A program made the position numbers and the translations under genes. The notes under the pieces are model-generated. The model searched no databases and was not told the DNA's origin. It worked only from the letters and a program-made list of their open reading frames with translations. From a virus (taxonomy: Duplodnaviria; Heunggongvirae; Uroviricota; Caudoviricetes): a stretch of 21,173 nucleotides of DNA. Of the stretch, positions 1-8,368 are shown in pieces; position 1 is the stretch's first letter; each line of letters opens with the position of its first letter. The stretch spans positions 1 through 21,173 of IMG/VR virus record IMGVR_UViG_2660238548_000014, one strand, 5' to 3'.

Positions 1-139
1 ACAGGTGAGCCGTGTAGTTGAAGGTTTTTACGTCAGATTCTTTTGGGATTGGCTTGCGTTTATTTCTGGAGCGTTTCGTTGGAAGGTATTTGCAGTTTTC
101 GCAGATGATGTCGGTGAAACTTCGTCGCTGTCGTCTCAT
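1..139 (-). CDS. ninE: NinE-like protein (partial; C-terminus lies beyond window start)
   Basis: ATG at 139..137 overlaps the stop of the upstream methylase gene (ATGA). Translation [46 protein letters not shown] matches my recollection of lambda NinE. Not in the ORF track because it is cut by the window edge. Confidence 0.6.
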   Translation of the reverse strand, partial: MRRQRRSFTDIICENCKYLPTKRSRNKRKPIPKESDVKTFNYTAHL

Positions 140-663
140 GCCGCCCTCCTGACGCCCTGCCCGATCGCCATCAATGCCGCTTTGGATACAGTAGTAAACA
201 TTCGTCGAGGACTGATGAACGGTCGCCAAATCAGCAGCATGGAGCCTTTGCTGTTTCCCTTCTTCTCCAGCCCTGTCGATGGTTCGATAAAATTAATCCG
301 TCCATCAGTGATGATGCGAACTTCGTCGACACTCTCCAGAGCCTTGCTGAACCATCCGACTGACATATCCTCTGGCACAAGCATCACTACCGTCTGTCGC
401 TGTTGTATGCACTGCTCAGCGGCTTTTTCCACCCACGGCCTGATATTGCTGTACGGTGGGTTATTCCAGATTGCACCGTGGCTTACCCACTCAGAATTGA
501 GCGCGTCGTCGACCTCAGTTAGCCAGTGAGCGCACAGAGCGTTTTTGTCGCTCGCAGCTGAATCCAGCCAGAATCCAAACTCAATATCCAGTGCATCAAA
601 AAGCCAAAGCGGCGTTTGCCAGCAGTCCTTGTCGTGTGCTGGCGTATTTGATTTGATAGTCAT
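136..663 (-). CDS. phage Dam-type DNA N6-adenine methyltransferase
   Basis: 175-aa ORF with the NPPY catalytic motif ([10 protein letters not shown]) and a CWQTP..LF..LD N-terminal pattern typical of phage Dam-family methylases. Start overlaps the ninB stop (ATGA). Confidence 0.75.
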   Translation of the reverse strand: MTIKSNTPAHDKDCWQTPLWLFDALDIEFGFWLDSAASDKNALCAHWLTEVDDALNSEWVSHGAIWNNPPYSNIRPWVEKAAEQCIQQRQTVVMLVPEDMSVGWFSKALESVDEVRIITDGRINFIEPSTGLEKKGNSKGSMLLIWRPFISPRRMFTTVSKAALMAIGQGVRRAA

Positions 664-1106
664 GCAGCCCTACCTTTTCGTTGTGACCATTCATACTCTC
701 GCCGGGAGTCATCACTCCACCGCACGTTGCGCTCTGAGCCGAACCAGAACATGATTTCGATAAGCTCAGTCATGTTGGCCTTTCGCATTTTGCTGGTACG
801 CACGCCAAGCATGACAACGCCACCGTCGATACCAGGCGCACTTCTTTGCTCCAGTTTTTTGGTCTTAAGCCACAGGGCAGTGAACAGGTCTTTCCAGCCT
901 TCCGGCGCCAGCCGTTGACCATGCCATAGCACCTGACGCGAAACATCGTTCAGCATCGGCCACATGCGGTCATTCTGCGCTTTGCTGCGCTTGGGTTCTT
1001 TAACGTGGACTTCGTGGGGTGACTTGTCGTCGATGGGTAGTGAGAGAATGGCGTCTATGGCGTTATTTCTGATTGCTTCGTTGCGAAGCAGAAAGGTTTG
1101 CTTCAT
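660..1106 (-). CDS. ninB: NinB-like recombination protein
   Basis: Internal ATG at 1106 preceded by a GGAG-containing RBS. The segment QNDRMWPMLNDVSRQVLWHGQ and the C-terminal WSDDSRREYEW..RAA resemble lambda NinB as I recall it. The 182-aa track ORF is an upstream extension. Confidence 0.65.
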   Translation of the reverse strand: MKQTFLLRNEAIRNNAIDAILSLPIDDKSPHEVHVKEPKRSKAQNDRMWPMLNDVSRQVLWHGQRLAPEGWKDLFTALWLKTKKLEQRSAPGIDGGVVMLGVRTSKMRKANMTELIEIMFWFGSERNVRWSDDSRREYEWSQRKGRAA

Positions 1107-1299
1107 CTCCTGCTCTCCGGTTCCATTTTTCAGTAGCCGCAGCAACTGATGGTGCCCATGCCACCCTGGCTTCACAGAGGTCACATTCTGCATAGCCCCA
1201 CACATCAATATTTATTCCGGCCTCAACCCACAGACGAGCATTACCGCCGCAAAACGGACATTCTTTTAGCTTTGGCTGGGTTAATGATAGGTCGCTCAT
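1063..1299 (-). CDS. Lar-family restriction-alleviation-like protein (zinc-ribbon)
   Basis: ATG at 1299 with an AAGGAG RBS. 78-aa product MSDLSLTQPKLKECPFCGG...ECDLCEAR has the CPFCGG / CxxC zinc-ribbon signature of Lar-family proteins. The longer track ORF is an N-terminal extension. Confidence 0.5.
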   Translation of the reverse strand: MSDLSLTQPKLKECPFCGGNARLWVEAGINIDVWGYAECDLCEARVAWAPSVAAATEKWNRRAGDEANLSASQRSNQK

Positions 1300-1309
1300 G
1301 CTCACTCCT

Positions 1310-1525
1310 TCACTTAAAATCCAGACTCCGGATAATTCTGTTGCGCTGAAACTCATTGTTGAGTTTGAACAACCGTCGAAGAACACGGTCACGCGGATAG
1401 CGTCGTGCGGCAGGTGAATGCTCATACAACTCATCAAGCGGCAAACTGGACGATGAACGATACCGATACCAACGCACCAACTCTTCACGAAAATTAGCCC
1501 TGACAAGCTCAGCTATCGTACTCAT
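1310..1525 (-). CDS. hypothetical protein
   Basis: 71-aa ORF preceded by a strong GGAGG RBS (reverse complement of 1526..1540). No recognisable motif. Confidence 0.5.
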   Translation of the reverse strand: MSTIAELVRANFREELVRWYRYRSSSSLPLDELYEHSPAARRYPRDRVLRRLFKLNNEFQRNRIIRSLDFK

Positions 1526-1657
1526 TTCTTAAAACCTCCTCAAACGCATTCTGACGCATTTTTCATTCTCGCTGCTTATCGGTATACCTTGCACGTGCTT
1601 ACCTCACCACAGAGCGATTGTGATGCCTTAAAAGCGATTTATTGAAGTGATATTTGC

Positions 1658-1936
1658 TTAATCGAAATTCTTTTCTTTGATTCCTGCGGCCCTGATGGCT
1701 TTCATTACTGCAATTACCGTTTTGTCACGCCCATCCTCATAACCCATCGCATAAGCACCTTCTTCACCATCTTTCCAAAGGTCGTCATTCGATTCGGGCC
1801 AGTCGATATCCAGTTCAATAGCAGAGCGCGATGCCTGCCATATCACCCAGGCAAACTCTTTTAATTCATCGTCTCCCGTGAACTGGCTTTTGTCTTTTGA
1901 CCACCAGTTTTCAAACTGTCGGTAGCTATCGTTCAC
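1658..1936 (-). CDS. hypothetical protein (acidic, Trp-rich)
   Basis: ORF begins just downstream of the tR2-like hairpin. The likely start is GTG at 1936, preceded by GGGGAGAGGG; TTG at 1951 is an alternative. No recognised domain. Confidence 0.45.
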   Translation of the reverse strand: MNDSYRQFENWWSKDKSQFTGDDELKEFAWVIWQASRSAIELDIDWPESNDDLWKDGEEGAYAMGYEDGRDKTVIAVMKAIRAAGIKEKNFD

Positions 1937-1949
1937 TTCCCTCTCCCCC

Positions 1950-1981
1950 AAATAAAAAGGCCTGCGATTACCAGCAGGCCT
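1950..1981 (-). terminator. rho-independent terminator (lambda tR2-like)
   Basis: On the minus strand: AGGCCTGC-TGGTAATC-GCAGGCCT hairpin followed by TTTTTATTT. Lies between ren and the next gene, as tR2 does in lambda. Confidence 0.6.
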
Positions 1982-2006
1982 GTTATTAGCTCAGTGATGT
2001 AGATGG

Positions 2007-2297
2007 TCATCTTTTAACTCCATATACCGCCAATACCCGTTTCATCGCTGCACTCTGGCGACACTCCTTAAAAATCAGGTTCGTGCTCACCTTTCCTTCC
2101 CGTTCTTCCCTGGTAGCAAACCGGTAATACACCGTTCGCCAGACCTTACCTTCGATAACCAGAAGACCTGCCCGTGCCATTTTAGCTGCGGCCTGATTTA
2201 TGCTGGTTACTGTTGCGCCTGTTAGCGCGGCAACGTCCGGCGCACAGAAGCTATTATGCGTCCCCAGGTAATGAATAATTGCCTCTTTGCCCGTCAT
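2007..2297 (-). CDS. ren: Ren protein
   Basis: 96-aa ORF immediately after P with an ATGA start/stop overlap. Sequence MTGKEAIIHYLGTHNSFCAPDVAAL... matches my recollection of lambda Ren. Confidence 0.7.
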   Translation of the reverse strand: MTGKEAIIHYLGTHNSFCAPDVAALTGATVTSINQAAAKMARAGLLVIEGKVWRTVYYRFATREEREGKVSTNLIFKECRQSAAMKRVLAVYGVKR

Positions 2298-2995
2298 ACA
2301 CTTGCTCCTTTCAGTCCGAACTTAGCTTTAATTTCTGCGATCTTCGCCAGCGCCTGAACACGATTTAGAGGTCTGCCGCCCATGACAGGAAGTTGTTTTA
2401 CTGGTTCAGGTATCGCCTCACCACGGTTAATTCGCGCTGTCATACAGGTCAGTTCATCGGCAGCCTTGCGTCGTAATTCCGCGTCAGTCAGCGCATTGGC
2501 CCGCATGTTCTGGTACAGGTTGGTAACCAGCCAGTAGTGCGCGTTCGATTTCCACGGATAAGACTCTGCATCCGGATACAGGCCTCGCTTCCGGCAATAC
2601 TCGTAAACCATATCAACCAGCTCGCTGACGTTTGGCAGTCCGGCGATAACGGATGCTTCTTCCCGGCACCATGCAACAAACTGCCCGGGTGATGGAAGAA
2701 ATGGTCGATTCTGCCGACGGGCTACGCGCATTCCTGCGTTAACCTGTTCCATCGAGGTGATCCCGTTTTCCCGGAAAGCCAGAACCCACTGGCGGCGGAT
2801 TTCGTTCACTTCGTTCTGGTCACGGTTAGCCAGGCTCGCCGGGAAAGTTGCCAGTAACTGGCTGAACACACCGTTGATGATCTGCGCTACCTGCTGTACC
2901 TGCGGCTTTTCGTCGTACTGTTCCGGCATGTTGTTGGCGATCCGACGCATCTGCTCACGGTCAAAGTTAACCATCTGTGCGGCGATGTTTTTCAT
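2294..2995 (-). CDS. P: replication protein P (DnaB helicase loader)
   Basis: 233-aa ORF MKNIAAQMVNFDREQMRRIANNMPEQYDEKPQ... matches lambda P in length and sequence as recalled. ATGA overlap with the O stop. Confidence 0.9.
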   Translation of the reverse strand: MKNIAAQMVNFDREQMRRIANNMPEQYDEKPQVQQVAQIINGVFSQLLATFPASLANRDQNEVNEIRRQWVLAFRENGITSMEQVNAGMRVARRQNRPFLPSPGQFVAWCREEASVIAGLPNVSELVDMVYEYCRKRGLYPDAESYPWKSNAHYWLVTNLYQNMRANALTDAELRRKAADELTCMTARINRGEAIPEPVKQLPVMGGRPLNRVQALAKIAEIKAKFGLKGASV

Positions 2996-3930
2996 AGATC
3001 CACCCCGTAAATCCAGTCTGTGTTTGTCAGGTCGAGTTTTGGTTTGCTGGCTGTCACGCCTGCCTGTTGCTTGTTACGGTTGATTTCGAGTTGGGTCCAC
3101 TTATCGCGGAGTTTGGCCGGGCTCAGCACGTTACCGGACCAGAAGTTGTCCTGGCATGCCCAGCGGAACAGCACGCACATGTCGCGGTGGTTACGTCCGT
3201 CACGTTCACGCATCAGGCGGATATCGTTAGCCCACCCTGCAAAATTCGGTTTTCTGGCTGATGGCGCGATGGTCTTCACCATGTCAAACATCCACTCTGC
3301 GGCGGTCAGGTCTTCTGCTGTCCCCCACTTGCTGCCGCTCTGAATTGCAGCATCCGGTTTCACCACAGAAAGGTCGTTTTCTGGCTGGTCAGAGGATTCG
3401 CCAGAATTCTCGGACGAATAATCTTTTCTTTTTTCTTTTGTAATAGTGTCTTTTGTGTCCCCCTGTTTTGAGGGATAGCAATCCCCTAATTTGAGGGATG
3501 TTTTATCCCTCGTTTTAGGGGATTTTCCCTCGTTTTGAGGGATGTCCCTCATTTTAGGGGAACCTCCCTCGTTTTGAGGGATGCACCATTCTGAGATGTT
3601 TTTATTTGGTCCAAACATGCCGCCTTGCTGCTTGATAATATTCATTCTGACGAGTTCTAACTTGGCTTCATTGCACCGTTTGACAGGTAACTTTGTAATC
3701 TCGCTAAGTTGAGAATCGGTGATTCTGTCCATTGGTTTATTCCACCCATAGGTTTTACGCAGAATGGCAAGCAGCACTTTAAACTGTCGCTTGGTCAGAT
3801 CTGCGCCTGAATAAGCCTCAATCAGCATATTTGATAGTCTGGCGTAACCATCATCGAGATCTGCCACATTACGCTCCTGTTCGGCAAAGTTACCTCTGCC
3901 GAAGTTGAGTATTTTTGCTGTATTTGTCAT
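2992..3930 (-). CDS. O: replication initiator protein O (312 aa; contains ori)
   Basis: MTNTAKILNFGRGNFAEQERNVADLDDGYARL... matches lambda O, but is 312 aa versus the 299 aa I recall, with an extra GSPKMRDIPQNEG-type segment that coincides with extra iterons. Confidence 0.9.
   Translation of the reverse strand: MTNTAKILNFGRGNFAEQERNVADLDDGYARLSNMLIEAYSGADLTKRQFKVLLAILRKTYGWNKPMDRITDSQLSEITKLPVKRCNEAKLELVRMNIIKQQGGMFGPNKNISEWCIPQNEGGSPKMRDIPQNEGKSPKTRDKTSLKLGDCYPSKQGDTKDTITKEKRKDYSSENSGESSDQPENDLSVVKPDAAIQSGSKWGTAEDLTAAEWMFDMVKTIAPSARKPNFAGWANDIRLMRERDGRNHRDMCVLFRWACQDNFWSGNVLSPAKLRDKWTQLEINRNKQQAGVTASKPKLDLTNTDWIYGVDL
3458..3581. repeat. ori-lambda-type iteron array (six palindromic ~18-bp O-binding repeats)
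   Basis: Six tandem copies of the TCCCTCAAAACGAGGGA-type palindrome (shown reverse-complemented) inside the O reading frame. The AT-rich stretch at 3421..3457 follows on the same side as in lambda ori. Confidence 0.85.
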
Positions 3931-3940
3931 AATGACTCCT

Positions 3941-4017
3941 GTTGATAGATCCAGTAATGACCTCAGAACTCCATCTGGATTTGTTCAGAACGCTCGGTTG
4001 CCGCCGGGCGTTTTTTA
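3941..4017 (+). ncRNA. oop: oop antisense RNA (overlaps cII 3' end)
   Basis: GTTGATAGATCCAGTAATGACCTCAGAACTCCATCTGGATTTGTTCAGAACGCTCGGTTGCCGCCGGGCGTTTTTTATT matches lambda oop as recalled. It ends in a GC hairpin plus T-run and has a -10 like CATAAT at 3928..3933. Confidence 0.75.
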
Positions 4018-4256
4018 TTGGTGAGAATCGCAGCAACTTGTCGCGCCAATCGAGCCATGTCGTCGTCAACGACCCCCCATTCAAGAACAGCAAGCAGCAT
4101 TGAGAACTTTGGAATCCAGTCCCTCTTCCACCTGCTGATCTGCGACTTATCAACGCCCACAGCTTCCGCTGTCTTCTCAGTTCCAAGCATTGCGATTTTG
4201 TTAAGCAACGCACTCTCGATTCGTAGAGCCTCGTTGCGTTTGTTTGCACGAACCAT
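3963..4256 (-). CDS. cII: transcriptional activator CII
   Basis: ATG at 4256. 97-aa product MVRANKRNEALRIESALLNKIAMLGTEKTAEAVGVDKSQISRWKRDWIPKF... matches lambda CII. The track ORF has a 20-aa spurious upstream extension. Confidence 0.9.
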   Translation of the reverse strand: MVRANKRNEALRIESALLNKIAMLGTEKTAEAVGVDKSQISRWKRDWIPKFSMLLAVLEWGVVDDDMARLARQVAAILTNKKRPAATERSEQIQMEF

Positions 4257-4335
4257 ATGTAAGTATTTCCTTAGATAACAATTGATTGAATGTATGCAAA
4301 TAAATGCATACACCATAGGTGTGGTTTAATTTGAT

Positions 4336-4367
4336 GCCCTTTTTCAGGGCTGGAATGTGTAAGAGCG
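4336..4367 (-). promoter_or_regulatory. nutR (boxB hairpin 4336..4350, boxA 4351..4367)
   Basis: Minus-strand CGCTCTTACACATTCCA (boxA) followed by GCCCTGAAAAAGGGC (boxB), between cro and cII as in lambda. Confidence 0.7.
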
Positions 4368-4374
4368 GGGTTAT

Positions 4375-4584
<210 letters not shown>

Positions 4585-4599
4585 TTAGTACATGCAACC

Positions 4600-4669
4600 A
4601 TTATCACCGCCAGAGGTAAAATAGTCAACACGCACGGTGTTAGATATTTATCCCTTGCGGTGATAGATT
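4600..4669. promoter_or_regulatory. OR1-OR2-OR3 operators with divergent pR (toward cro) and pRM (toward cI)
   Basis: 17-bp operators at 4602..4618 (OR1), 4626..4642 (OR2) and 4649..4665 (OR3). pR -10 GATAAT and -35 TTGACT on the minus strand (4600..4605, 4623..4628). pRM -35 TAGATA (4641..4646) and -10 TAGATT (4664..4669) on the plus strand. cI is leaderless (ATG at 4676). Confidence 0.85.
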
Positions 4670-4672
4670 TAA

Positions 4673-5389
<717 letters not shown>

Positions 5390-5501
5390 TCGGCAAGGTG
5401 TTCTGGTCGGCGCATAGCTGATAACAATTGAGCAAGAATCTTCATCGAATTAGGGGAATTTTCACTCCCCTCAGAACATAACATAGTAAATGGATTGAAT
5501 T

Positions 5502-6341
5502 ATGAAGAATGGTTTTTATGCGACTTACCGCAGCAAAAATAAAGGGAAAGATAAGCGCTCAATAAACCTGTCTGTTTTCCTTAATTCTCTGCTGGCTGAT
5601 AATCATCACCTGCAGGTTGGCTCCAATTATTTGTATATTCATAAAATCGATGGAAAAACTTTTCTCTTTACCAAAACAAATGACAAGAGTCTGGTTCAGA
5701 AGATAAATCGCTCTAAAGCTTCAGTTGAAGATATTAAGAATAGCCTCGCAGATGACGAATCATTGGGATTCCCATCTTTTTTGTTTGTTGAAGGCGACAC
5801 CATTGGTTTTGCCAGAACTGTTTTCGGGCCGACCACATCCGATCTGACAGATTTTTTAATCGGGAAAGGAATGTCATTAAGCAGTGGAGAGCGCGTTCAG
5901 ATAGAGCCACTGATGAGGGGAACCACCAAAGACGATGTTATGCATATGCATTTCATCGGCCGAACAACGGTGAAGGTAGAAGCCAAGCTACCTGTATTTG
6001 GCGATATATTAAAGGTCTTAGGGGCAACAGATATTGAAGGGGAGCTTTTTGACTCATTGGATATAGTCATTAAGCCAAAATTTAAAAGGGATATAAAAAA
6101 GGTTGCCAAGGATATTATTTTTAACCCGTCACCTCAATTTTCAGACATTAGCCTGCGGGCAAAAGATGAGGCCGGAGATATTTTAACAGAACATTATCTA
6201 TCAGAAAAAGGCCATCTCTCAGCGCCTCTGAACAAGGTCACCAATGCTGAGATAGCTGAAGAGATGGCATATTGCTACGCAAGAATGAAAAGTGATATAC
6301 TGGAATGTTTTAAAAGGCAGGTGGGCAAAGTTAAGGATTAA
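5502..6341 (+). CDS. rexA: RexA (abortive-infection/exclusion protein)
   Basis: 279-aa ORF directly downstream of cI, as in the lambda immunity operon. Sequence matches my recollection of RexA. Confidence 0.85.
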   Translation: MKNGFYATYRSKNKGKDKRSINLSVFLNSLLADNHHLQVGSNYLYIHKIDGKTFLFTKTNDKSLVQKINRSKASVEDIKNSLADDESLGFPSFLFVEGDTIGFARTVFGPTTSDLTDFLIGKGMSLSSGERVQIEPLMRGTTKDDVMHMHFIGRTTVKVEAKLPVFGDILKVLGATDIEGELFDSLDIVIKPKFKRDIKKVAKDIIFNPSPQFSDISLRAKDEAGDILTEHYLSEKGHLSAPLNKVTNAEIAEEMAYCYARMKSDILECFKRQVGKVKD

Positions 6342-6356
6342 TTATCAGGAGTAATT

Positions 6357-6791
6357 ATGCGGAACAGAATCATGCCTGGTGTTTACATAGTAATAATTCC
6401 TTACGTTATCGTAAGCATTTGCTATCTCCTTTTCCGCCACTACATTCCTGGTGTTTCTTTTTCAGCTCATAGAGATGGTCTTGGGGCGACATTGTCATCA
6501 TATGCAGGAACCATGATTGCAATCCTGATTGCTGCCTTGACGTTTCTAATCGGAAGCAGAACGCGCCGACTGGCCAAGATTAGAGAGTATGGGTATATGA
6601 CATCGGTAGTTATTGTCTATGCCCTTAGTTTTGTTGAGCTTGGAGCTTTGTTTTTCTGCGGGTTATTGCTTCTTTCCAGCATAAGCGGCTACATGATACC
6701 CACTATCGCCATCGGCATTGCCTCTGCATCGTTCATTCATATATGCATCCTTGTTTTCCAACTATATAATTTGACCAGAGAACAAGAATAA
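6357..6791 (+). CDS. rexB: RexB (membrane ion-channel component of Rex exclusion)
   Basis: 144-aa multi-pass hydrophobic protein following rexA. Length and position match lambda RexB. Confidence 0.85.
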   Translation: MRNRIMPGVYIVIIPYVIVSICYLLFRHYIPGVSFSAHRDGLGATLSSYAGTMIAILIAALTFLIGSRTRRLAKIREYGYMTSVVIVYALSFVELGALFFCGLLLLSSISGYMIPTIAIGIASASFIHICILVFQLYNLTREQE

Positions 6792-6817
6792 CCCGGCCTC
6801 AGCGCCGGGTTTTCTTT
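6792..6817 (+). terminator. rho-independent terminator after rexB (t-imm-like)
   Basis: CCCGGC-CTCAGC-GCCGGG hairpin followed by TTTTCTTTG, immediately after the rexB stop. Confidence 0.6.
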
Positions 6818-6964
6818 GCCTCACGATCGCCCCCAAAACACATAACCAATTGTATTTATTGAAAAATAAATAGATACAACTCACTAAACATAGCAATTCA
6901 GATCTCTCACCTACCAAACAATGCCCCCCTGCAAAAAATAAATTCATATAAAAAACATACAGAT

Positions 6965-7027
6965 AACCATCTGCGGTGATAAATTATCTCTGGCGGTGTT
7001 GACATAAATACCACTGGCGGTGATACT
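6965..7027 (+). promoter_or_regulatory. OL3-OL2-OL1 operators and pL promoter
   Basis: TATCTCTGGCGGTGTTGACATAAATACCACTGGCGGTGATACTGAGC. OL3 at 6965..6981, OL2 at 6985..7001, OL1 at 7009..7025, -35 TTGACA at 6999..7004, -10 GATACT at 7022..7027. Confidence 0.85.
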
Positions 7028-7066
7028 GAGCGCATCAGCAGGACGCACTGACCACCATGAAGGTGA

Positions 7067-7097
7067 CGCTCTTAAAAATTAAGCCCTGAAGAAGGGC
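7067..7097 (+). promoter_or_regulatory. nutL (boxA 7067..7082, boxB hairpin 7083..7097)
   Basis: CGCTCTTAAAAATTAA followed by GCCCTGAAGAAGGGC, downstream of the pL start. Confidence 0.75.
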
Positions 7098-7255
7098 AGC
7101 ATTCAAAGCAGAAGGCTTTGGGGTGTGTGATACGAAACGAAGCATTGGCCGGAAGTGCGATTCCGGATTAGCTGCCAATGTGCCAATCGCGGGGGGTTTT
7201 CGTTCAGGACTACAACTGCCACACACCACCAAAGCTAACTGACAGGAGAATCCAG

Positions 7256-7579
7256 ATGGATGCACAAACACGCCGCCGCGAACGTCGCGCAGAGAAACAG
7301 GCTCAATGGAAAGCAGCAAATCCCCTGTTGGTTGGGGTAAGCGCAAAACCAGTTAACCGCCCTATTCTCTCGCTGAATCGCAAACCGAAATCACGAGTAG
7401 AAAGCGCACTAAATCCGATAGACCTTACAGTGCTGGCTGAATACCACAAACAGATTGAAAGCAACCTGCAACGTATTGAGCGCAAGAATCAGCGCACATG
7501 GTACAGCAAGCCTGGCGAATGCGGCATAACATGCAGTGGACGCCAGAAAATTAAGGGAAAATCGATTCCTCTTATCTAG
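7256..7579 (+). CDS. N: antitermination protein N
   Basis: ATG at 7256 with an AGGAG RBS at 7244..7248. 107-aa MDAQTRRRERRAEKQAQWKAANPLL... with the arginine-rich boxB-binding N-terminus. The 133-aa track ORF is the historical over-extension. Confidence 0.9.
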   Translation: MDAQTRRRERRAEKQAQWKAANPLLVGVSAKPVNRPILSLNRKPKSRVESALNPIDLTVLAEYHKQIESNLQRIERKNQRTWYSKPGECGITCSGRQKIKGKSIPLI

Positions 7580-8131
7580 TTACTTAGATATTGGCCTTGG
7601 CTTTATCTCAATATTATATGGATCATAGCTGGCAACTAATTCAGTCCAGTAAATATCCTCAATAGGGAATAATATATGCTTCCCATTCCATCGGGAAAAA
7701 GTTTTGTTCAACACACCAAGCTCAATCAACTCACTAATGTATGGGAATTGTTTTGATGTAACCACATACTTCCTGCCTTCATTAAGGGCTGCGCACAAAA
7801 CCATAGATTGCTCTTCTGTAAGGTTTTGAATTACTGATCGCACTTTATCGTTTTGCATCTTAATGCGTTTTCTTAGCTTAAATCGCTTATATCTGGCGCT
7901 GGCAATAGCTGATAATCGATGCACATTAATTGCTAGCGAAAATGCAAGAGCAAAGACGAAAACATGCCACACATGAGGAATACCGATTCTCTCATTAACA
8001 TATTCAGGCCAGTTATCTGGGCTTAAAAGCAGAAGTCCAACCCAGATAACGATCATATACATGGTTCTCTCCAGAGGTTCATTACTGAACACTCGTCCGA
8101 GAATAACGAGTGGATCCATTTCTATACTCAT
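7580..8131 (-). CDS. sieB: superinfection exclusion protein B-like membrane protein
   Basis: ORF abutting the N stop on the opposite strand, as sieB does in lambda. Hydrophobic segments (IVIWVGLLLL, VFVFALAFSLAI). The first ATG is at 8131; the track starts at an upstream TTG. Confidence 0.65.
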   Translation of the reverse strand: MSIEMDPLVILGRVFSNEPLERTMYMIVIWVGLLLLSPDNWPEYVNERIGIPHVWHVFVFALAFSLAINVHRLSAIASARYKRFKLRKRIKMQNDKVRSVIQNLTEEQSMVLCAALNEGRKYVVTSKQFPYISELIELGVLNKTFSRWNGKHILFPIEDIYWTELVASYDPYNIEIKPRPISK

Positions 8132-8368
8132 CAAACTGTAGGGGTTGTAATAGTTTATCCGATTTCTCGCTGTAGGGGTACACGAGAACCACCGAGCCTG
8201 ATGTGGTTAAAAGACAGGCATACTAATAAACACTGCACTGTGTATTCATTCCAACGAGTGAATACACTGAGCAATGTCGCTCGTAACTAAACAGGAGCCG
8301 ACTTGTTCTGATTATTGGAAATCTTCTTTGCCCTCCAGTGTGAGGGCGATTTTTTTGACGGAGGATAT

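Noticed and set aside
5-529. 174-aa plus-strand ORF
   Set aside because: Entirely antisense to the NinE and methyltransferase genes, which have start/stop coupling and recognisable motifs. No RBS; Ser/Cys-rich composition typical of an antisense artefact.
3020-3443. Plus-strand ORFs of 107, 64 and 60 aa
   Set aside because: Antisense to the well-supported O gene. No RBS or motif.
3458-3581. Regularly spaced short repeats that could be mistaken for a CRISPR array
   Set aside because: The repeats are ~18-bp palindromes separated by only 1-5 bp, lie inside the O reading frame and are followed by an AT-rich tract. This is the ori iteron architecture, not repeat-spacer structure.
7178-7255. Upstream extension giving a 133-aa N protein
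   Set aside because: The real N start is the ATG at 7256, which has the AGGAG RBS. The extension has no RBS and overlaps the N leader.
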